Shown: piece after piece, positions 26,003 through 31,584 of the stretch
How positions within the stretch are numbered: position 1 is the stretch's first letter
Layout: every line of letters begins with the position of its first letter
Assembly: GCA_045106895.1 (NCBI GenBank)
Contig: JBGCFM010000198.1
Location: forward strand, 1 to 31,584
Source: Polyangiales bacterium
GTDB taxonomy: Bacteria > Myxococcota_A > Polyangia > Polyangiales > Houyiibacteriaceae
DNA length: 31,584 nt
Direction: 5' to 3'
The notes under the pieces: generated by a model
What the model was told of the DNA's origin: nothing
Seen by the model: the letters and a program-made list of their open reading frames with translations, nothing else
The model's database searches: none
Translations under genes and position numbers: made by a program

Positions 26003-26910
26003 ATGCCATACTCCTGCGAACCCACACGAATCTCCGGAGAGCCAGTGATGCACTCGTCACTCGAGCGGTCACAGTCCGAATCACGCCCGGCGCGGCACCA
26101 CTGACGACAAGTGAGCGGCGCGCCTGCGCTTTCCCGGGCGCAGGTAAAGCCACGTTGGCAGCTGGCGTTGCTGGTGCAGCTCGCTCCGCGACCGCCGCCG
26201 CCGGCAGGCCCACGGCAGTCCGTCACGATGCCGCTATCACCATTGAGGGGTGAGCAGTATGCCATCGCGGGGCAGCCGGCCTGAGTGCGCAGGTCACAGT
26301 TGAACGAACACGCCTGGACGCCACCCGCCGCCGTGTCGCGAATGCAAACGGCGCCAGCGCCGGGGCAGTCTCCGTCGACTTGGCAGAGCGGCGTACACTG
26401 CCGCTCGCCGGTCGGAAGCGCTGCACAGTAGAGACCGGCGGCGCAGGAGTCGAAGGTGGTGCACGCCGTTCCCGTGGTCCCTGCACCAGGCGCTGCACAA
26501 GCTGGCGCTCCGGATTCTTGGACGAAGCAGGCTTGTGCTCCGCATCCGCAGGCCGGGAAAAACGAACACACCTCGCCGCCACACCCCGCATCAAAGCCGG
26601 CGTCCGGCGGACCCGCGTCCGGTCCGGAATCGGAACCCGCATCGGAGCCGGCGTCCGAGCCGGCATCGCTGACATCGGCGTCAGCGATCACGAGGACATC
26701 CGGGCTGGCCACATCGCCGGGTGCGGCATCTCTCAGCGGCGCATCCATGGACGCATCCGCGAGCGCCGCGTCCGTGAATGACGCGTCCGTCGATGACGTA
26801 TCCGCGAGCGCAACATCCGCAGCCTGGGCGTCTGCTTCCGGCGGCCGTCGCCTATCGATTGACGGGTCACACGCGATGACCAGCAATACAAGCGATAAGA
26901 AGCGACGCAT
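25990..26910 (-). CDS. Cys-rich lipoprotein with DA/DAG linker and two internal Cys-rich repeats
   Basis: MRRFLSLVLLVIAC-D lipobox and SDAG repeats. Duplicated module G..G..CT...SC..G..C (GTTGTACTTFDSCAAGLYC / GGRGASCTSNASCQRGFTC). Confidence 0.82.
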   Translation of the reverse strand: MRRFLSLVLLVIACDPSIDRRRPPEADAQAADVALADTSSTDASFTDAALADASMDAPLRDAAPGDVASPDVLVIADADVSDAGSDAGSDAGSDSGPDAGPPDAGFDAGCGGEVCSFFPACGCGAQACFVQESGAPACAAPGAGTTGTACTTFDSCAAGLYCAALPTGERQCTPLCQVDGDCPGAGAVCIRDTAAGGVQACSFNCDLRTQAGCPAMAYCSPLNGDSGIVTDCRGPAGGGGRGASCTSNASCQRGFTCARESAGAPLTCRQWCRAGRDSDCDRSSDECITGSPEIRVGSQEYGICVS

Positions 26911-26984
26911 GCGCCACTTTGCCTGTTCAACGACAAGCGGAGCAAGAGAAAGCGCCACAAACGCGTGGCGTCTCTCGCGGCAAC

Positions 26985-27368
26985 CTAGTTGGTGGTCAGG
27001 ATTCGCTCAACGCCGCGCGTCGAGTGCGAGAGCAGCGCATCTCGAGCGACGCCGCCACCGAGACACGAGATAAAGAAGCCGCTGCCGTGAAGGGCCATGC
27101 TCCGCACCGCGACCTCGCCGCCGCGAAGCAAGGGTGGAAGCCGCATGCCCATGGGGGAGCGACAAAGGAGAGGCGCGTAGGCACCGAGCTCTTCGCACAC
27201 GCCGTTTTCGCCGGCTCCGGCGACGACCAGGCCGGCTTCGTCCGAGAGCACAACGGCCTCCAGGCCGCCCTTTTCCCTTGTGTATTCAAGCTGGTATCGG
27301 AGGGCTTCTCCGCAATCAACGCTGCGGCGGGTTCGGCGGTCTTCAAGCATCCAGAGGGGGGAGGTCAT
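26985..27368 (-). CDS. Roadblock/LC7-like domain protein
   Basis: GLEAVVLSDEAGLVVAG...EELGAYAP resembles the roadblock beta-hairpin/helix signature. Start is ATG 27368 or 27395. Confidence 0.65.
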   Translation of the reverse strand: MTSPLWMLEDRRTRRSVDCGEALRYQLEYTREKGGLEAVVLSDEAGLVVAGAGENGVCEELGAYAPLLCRSPMGMRLPPLLRGGEVAVRSMALHGSGFFISCLGGGVARDALLSHSTRGVERILTTN

Positions 27369-27392
27369 GGCGATCCTAGGTCGGGGTGAGTG

Positions 27393-27415
27393 CATGTAAG
27401 CGTTTGTCTTACATG
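27393..27415. promoter_or_regulatory. Inverted repeat in divergent intergenic region
   Basis: CATGTAAG-N7-CTTACATG, with perfect 8-bp arms. Confidence 0.5.
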
Positions 27416-27500
27416 AGACTACCTCGACTCCGCGCATGGACGAAAAAAGCTGCATGCCCAGGGGTGCGGCCCTGCCGGGGCGTGATAGGAGACAGGTCGA

Positions 27501-28664
27501 ATGGCGACGCTTTCCGAGGTCCTCGATACCCACCGCGTGATCGTCACTGTGGGCAGTGGTGGAGTGGGCAAGACCACGACCGCCGCCGCACTGGCTTTGC
27601 ACGCGGCACAGCAGGGGCGTCGAGTCCTATGCATGACCATCGACCCAGCGCGTCGCTTAGCGAACAGCTTGGGCCTCGACTCGATGACCGCCGACGAACA
27701 AGTCGTGCAGCCCCGGCTCTTCGTCGAGAACGGACTTGAGCCCAAGGGCGAGCTCTTCGCGATGATGCTCGACGCGCGCCAGACCTTCGATGAGTTGGTG
27801 ACACGCACCGCCTCTTCCCCCGAGATCGCGGAGAAGATCCTAACCAACAAGATCTACCAGCAGGTCGCCGGAGGACTCGCGGGCACGCAGGAATACATGG
27901 CGATGGAGAAGCTCCACGCCGTGCGCAGCGACAGCCGCTACGACGTGATTATTCTCGACACACCGCCGACGTCGAACGCCCTCGACTTCCTCGACGCGCC
28001 AGAGCGTATGGTCGCGGCCATCGACTCGCCGGCGATGCGCTGGTTCGTCGGCGCGTTCAAGGGTGCAGGCAAGCTCTCCTTCGGCCTCTTCGGCAAGGGC
28101 GCGTCACTCGTGTTCAAGGCGTTGAGTAAGTTTACCGGCGCTGGATTCCTCGAGGAGGTCGCCGAGTTTGTCGCCGGTCTCAACGATCTATTCGGCGGGT
28201 TCAAAGAACGAGCCGAAGAAGTCGCCGGAGCACTGCGCTCCGAAGAGGTCGCCTTCGTCTTGGTGACGAGCCCCGCGCCAATGGCTATCGACGAGGCGAT
28301 CTTCTTCAGCACGAAGCTAGGCGAAGCTCAGATGCGTCGCAGCGCGACGGTGGTCAACGGCATGCACACGTTGCTCCGAGAGCCTTCGATCTCCCGCGCA
28401 GAGCAAATCAAGACCATGGGCACACACGACTCAGGCGTAAACGCCGAAGCGCTTGTGGACGCCACGAACACTGCCCTTCAGGATGAGCGCCTTCGCGCCG
28501 TCGCCGACCGCATCGAGTCGGACCGGCTTCGCAACAAGCTCGGCGGCGACAGCATCTTCGTCGAGGTCCCTCGACTTGAACAGGACGTCCATGACCTGGG
28601 CGGCCTGTCTATCATCGCGAAACACCTCGTCGCCGAAGACACCACGGAGATTCAGAACCCATGA
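27501..28664 (+). CDS. ArsA/Get3-family P-loop ATPase (single domain)
   Basis: GSGGVGKTT, TIDPARRLA, GTQEYMAMEKL and DTPPT.NALDFLDAP. AGGAG lies upstream. Confidence 0.92.
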   Translation: MATLSEVLDTHRVIVTVGSGGVGKTTTAAALALHAAQQGRRVLCMTIDPARRLANSLGLDSMTADEQVVQPRLFVENGLEPKGELFAMMLDARQTFDELVTRTASSPEIAEKILTNKIYQQVAGGLAGTQEYMAMEKLHAVRSDSRYDVIILDTPPTSNALDFLDAPERMVAAIDSPAMRWFVGAFKGAGKLSFGLFGKGASLVFKALSKFTGAGFLEEVAEFVAGLNDLFGGFKERAEEVAGALRSEEVAFVLVTSPAPMAIDEAIFFSTKLGEAQMRRSATVVNGMHTLLREPSISRAEQIKTMGTHDSGVNAEALVDATNTALQDERLRAVADRIESDRLRNKLGGDSIFVEVPRLEQDVHDLGGLSIIAKHLVAEDTTEIQNP

Positions 28665-30058
28665 GCGCTGCCAATAACACCGTCGCCGTCGTCCTCGCCG
28701 CCGGCCAAGGCACGCGTATGCGGAGCGATCTCCCGAAGGTGCTCCATCCCCTCTCTGGCCGAACTCTTGTCTCTTGGGCGGTGGGCGCCGCTCTCGACGG
28801 CGGCGCCGAAGAATGTGTTGTGGTCGTTGGCCACGGCCGACAGGCCGTCAAGAGCGACCTCGAAGCGCGCTTCCCTGGCCGCGTTCGTTTCGCCCTTCAA
28901 GAAGAACAGCGTGGTACCGGGCACGCCGTCCGCTGCGCGATGGAGCAGGCGCTCCCTGACTTCGACGGGCAGCTCCTCGTCACGTACGGCGACTGTCCCC
29001 TGGTCACCGCCGAAACACTCCGCGCTCTATTCTCCGCAGGAGAGGGCCGCGACTGCGCGCTCCTCGTCGCAACCAAAGACGACCCCAAGGGGTACGGCCG
29101 CATGCTCCGCAAGGATGGCGTCGTCGTCGGTATCCGCGAGCACAAAGACTGCAGCCCCGAAGAGCTGCTCATCCACGAGGTCAACCCTGGGCTCTACTGC
29201 TTCGACGCCAAGTTCGCGAAGGACGCCATCGCCCGCCTCGACGACAACAACGCCCAAGGCGAGCTCTATCTCACAGACCTCATCGCCATGGCCGAGAGCG
29301 TCGCTGACATTCCCGGTGACATGGACGAGCTGCGCGGCGTCAACGACCGCTTCGAGCTCGCTCAGTGTGGCGACATCCTCAGGCGCCGGATTCTAGAAGA
29401 CCTCGCCCGCTCCGGCGTCGGCATCCTCGACCTCGAGACTACAAACATCGGCGCGGACTGCCAGATTCAGCCCGGCGCAACGATTCACGCTGGCGTGCAT
29501 CTTCGCGGAAAGTGCCGCGTCGCCGGTGGCGCCGTCATCGACGTAGGCTCCATTCTCACCAACGTCAGCGTCGCGTCCGGCGCTCATCTTCAGCCCTACT
29601 CCGTCGCCGCCGAGAGCGCGATTGGCCCCGCCGCGAAGGTCGGCCCCTTCTCTCATCTCCGCCCCCACACAAAGCTCGCCGAAGGCGCCAAGGTCGGGAA
29701 CTTCTGCGAAACGAAGAAGACTTCCATCGGCAAAGGCAGCAAGGTCAACCACCTCGCCTACGTCGGTGACGGCATGATCGGCGAAGGCGTGAACATCGGC
29801 GCCGGCGTCATCTTCTGCAACTACGACGGCGTGAACAAGAACGTCACCACCCTCGAAGACGGCGTCTTCATCGGCAGCGACTCCCAGCTCGTCGCGCCCA
29901 TCACCGTGGGCAAAGGCGCGTACGTCGCCAGCGGCTCGACGATCACCAAAGACGTCCCCGCCGATGCGCTCGCGCTCTCGCGCACCAAGCAGCAGAACAA
30001 AGAAGGCTACGCGACGAGGCTGCGTGGCCGAATGGAAGCCGCCAAGAAGCGCGGCTAA
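28661..30058 (+). CDS. glmU: Bifunctional UDP-N-acetylglucosamine pyrophosphorylase / glucosamine-1-phosphate N-acetyltransferase
   Basis: LAAGQGTRMRS, GTGHA, NAQGELYLTD, GVNDR, GPFSHLRP, GNFCETK, NHLAYVGD, NYDG and hexapeptide repeats; 465 aa. Confidence 0.98.
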   Translation: MSAANNTVAVVLAAGQGTRMRSDLPKVLHPLSGRTLVSWAVGAALDGGAEECVVVVGHGRQAVKSDLEARFPGRVRFALQEEQRGTGHAVRCAMEQALPDFDGQLLVTYGDCPLVTAETLRALFSAGEGRDCALLVATKDDPKGYGRMLRKDGVVVGIREHKDCSPEELLIHEVNPGLYCFDAKFAKDAIARLDDNNAQGELYLTDLIAMAESVADIPGDMDELRGVNDRFELAQCGDILRRRILEDLARSGVGILDLETTNIGADCQIQPGATIHAGVHLRGKCRVAGGAVIDVGSILTNVSVASGAHLQPYSVAAESAIGPAAKVGPFSHLRPHTKLAEGAKVGNFCETKKTSIGKGSKVNHLAYVGDGMIGEGVNIGAGVIFCNYDGVNKNVTTLEDGVFIGSDSQLVAPITVGKGAYVASGSTITKDVPADALALSRTKQQNKEGYATRLRGRMEAAKKRG

Positions 30059-30796
30059 TTGCCGGACGAAGAGAAAGCGCAGTCGTTTGAGCTGGCCGCT
30101 TTTCGGCCACGTTTCGAGGCGGTGCTCTATGCGTTGGCGTGGGCCTTGCCGGCTGGCGCCGTTCTGTTCGCCATGCTCAATGAGTCGTACATCGCAGCTC
30201 CGTTTTTCGTGGCCTTCTACTTTAGCGGGTTCGGACTACATATCTGGACGAACCGGATCCGCTCAACGCTCACGATGGGCGTCGACGGTTTCTCCATCCG
30301 GCGTCGCGGCAAGGAACGATTCGTGCGCTGGACCGACTTTGTGAGCTTCGACAAAGCGCCACGAGGGCTCATTGCTCTCACCCAAGACGGCTGGGTGCCC
30401 TTGGGACGCACCCTCGTTGTCTGGGACAAGACAATACGGCGACACCGAGAGCACAAGCCGCGCGAGACCCTCAAGCTGCTAGAAGAAGCCGCGAAACACT
30501 GGCGCCAGGAGCGAGCAAAGCCACGCATCTTGCAACTCCTCGAGGGCCACGACGAAGCGCAATGGCCCGCCGTCCTCAAGAAGGCCGCCCAAAGCGACTT
30601 CCGCACCAGCGGCATCACGCAGATGCATCTCGTGGAAGATCTCCTGAACCCAGAAACACCCCCGGTGCTTCGCGAGGTGCTCGTGAAAACTCTTAAGTTC
30701 CGCATCGAAGAAGACGTCGTCGAAGACGCCCTTGAAACCTTCGCGTCGGAGCGTTCCATGAAGGCCCTCCGCTCCGCGATCGCAAAAGGCGAATAG
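30059..30796 (+). CDS. Hypothetical membrane protein (2 TM plus cytoplasmic domain), paralog A
   Basis: TTG directly after the glmU TAA, two hydrophobic helices, and a C-terminus homologous to the next ORF. Confidence 0.8.
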   Translation: MPDEEKAQSFELAAFRPRFEAVLYALAWALPAGAVLFAMLNESYIAAPFFVAFYFSGFGLHIWTNRIRSTLTMGVDGFSIRRRGKERFVRWTDFVSFDKAPRGLIALTQDGWVPLGRTLVVWDKTIRRHREHKPRETLKLLEEAAKHWRQERAKPRILQLLEGHDEAQWPAVLKKAAQSDFRTSGITQMHLVEDLLNPETPPVLREVLVKTLKFRIEEDVVEDALETFASERSMKALRSAIAKGE

Positions 30797-30857
30797 TGAT
30801 CACTCCGAAGCCAGCGCCGATGCTCGCTGCCGGAATCCGTGGCTGATACGCTTTCAT

Positions 30858-31556
30858 ATGGCGGTCCATCAACAGACTCTCAGACCCCACCGTCCACCAT
30901 TCGCGACAACGGTCTTCGCCGGTCTGATGCTGCTCCCGCTTGTGAGTTGCCTCTTGAGCGTAGCGTTCAACGTTAGCCTCGTCGTCGGGCTGATTGTCCT
31001 CACTATCGCCTGTATGATGCCCGTGCTGTTCCAGCTTTACCTGCACCGCCCCGACTGGCTGGTTCAGTTTGGCAACGATGGACTGAGCATCCAGCGCTCC
31101 ACGGGCGAGGAGTTCATCCCTTGGACTCGCTTTGAAGGGTTCATCGAGACGAATCGTGGAATCCACGCCAAAACCCCTGACGGAGACGTTCCAATCGGCG
31201 GAATACCACGCTCACCCGAGGAGAGCCTTGGTGCGTTGAGTCGTGCCGCCGAGCTCGCCCAGAAACGCCCCCCAAAGCTTCCCCACGTCCTCACGCTGAT
31301 CGAAGGGCACGACGAGAGTCGCTGGCCGGAGCTTCTCGAGCGCGCAGCGGCGGGGGACTTCCGCACCAACAGCATCACTGAAATGCACCTTCGGGACGAC
31401 CTCCTGAACCCGGACACGCCGCCGGCACTGCGAGAGGTACTGGCGAGCACGCTCAAGGTCCGTGTCGACGTAGGCGAGACCATAGACGCCATCGCGACCT
31501 TGGCCTCGGAGCGTTCCAAGAAGGCACTGCGCTCCCTCCTCGCTGACGCGGACTAG
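30858..31556 (+). CDS. Hypothetical membrane protein (2 TM plus cytoplasmic domain), paralog B
   Basis: Two hydrophobic helices. The last 91 aa align without gaps to paralog A (53 identities by hand count). TGaTACGCT lies 5 nt before the ATG. Confidence 0.82.
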   Translation: MAVHQQTLRPHRPPFATTVFAGLMLLPLVSCLLSVAFNVSLVVGLIVLTIACMMPVLFQLYLHRPDWLVQFGNDGLSIQRSTGEEFIPWTRFEGFIETNRGIHAKTPDGDVPIGGIPRSPEESLGALSRAAELAQKRPPKLPHVLTLIEGHDESRWPELLERAAAGDFRTNSITEMHLRDDLLNPDTPPALREVLASTLKVRVDVGETIDAIATLASERSKKALRSLLADAD

Positions 31557-31584
31557 CGACATCCGCCTCCTTTGCTACCTTCGC

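Noticed and set aside
27501..28664. Arsenic-resistance arsA call
   Set aside because: Single ATPase domain, no metalloid-binding Cys cluster, and no arsB/acr3/arsC/arsR/arsD nearby.

Overview
A GC-rich bacterial chromosomal segment with about 30 protein-coding genes. It is inferred to be Myxococcota (Polyangiales/Sandaracinaceae-like) from the FHA-sigma54 activator, the DAG-linker and Cys-rich lipoproteins, the RCC1 lipoprotein and the roadblock protein. Recognisable genes: thiolase, acyl-CoA dehydrogenase, FHA-bEBP, DUF4132 protein, PNGase F-like lipoprotein, parvulin PPIase, alpha/beta hydrolase, thiO, rseP, transglutaminase-like protein, acyltransferase plus atypical SDR, HxlR-SCP2 regulator, ADP-ribosylglycohydrolase, truncated hemoglobin, DUF2237 protein, ArsA-like ATPase and glmU. 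I saw no rRNA, tRNA, CRISPR array, transposase or integrase. The most unusual signals are: (1) a 244-bp nested-palindrome inverted-repeat element between the acyl-CoA dehydrogenase and thiolase genes, with a compensatory base-pair change; (2) a branched hairpin plus short direct repeats at 3-231; (3) a -10 hexamer 5-8 nt before the start codon of nine genes, suggesting widespread leaderless mRNAs; (4) two tandem membrane-protein paralogs after glmU with divergent N-termini and a conserved C-terminus. All family assignments come from motif recognition by eye, not from database searches.
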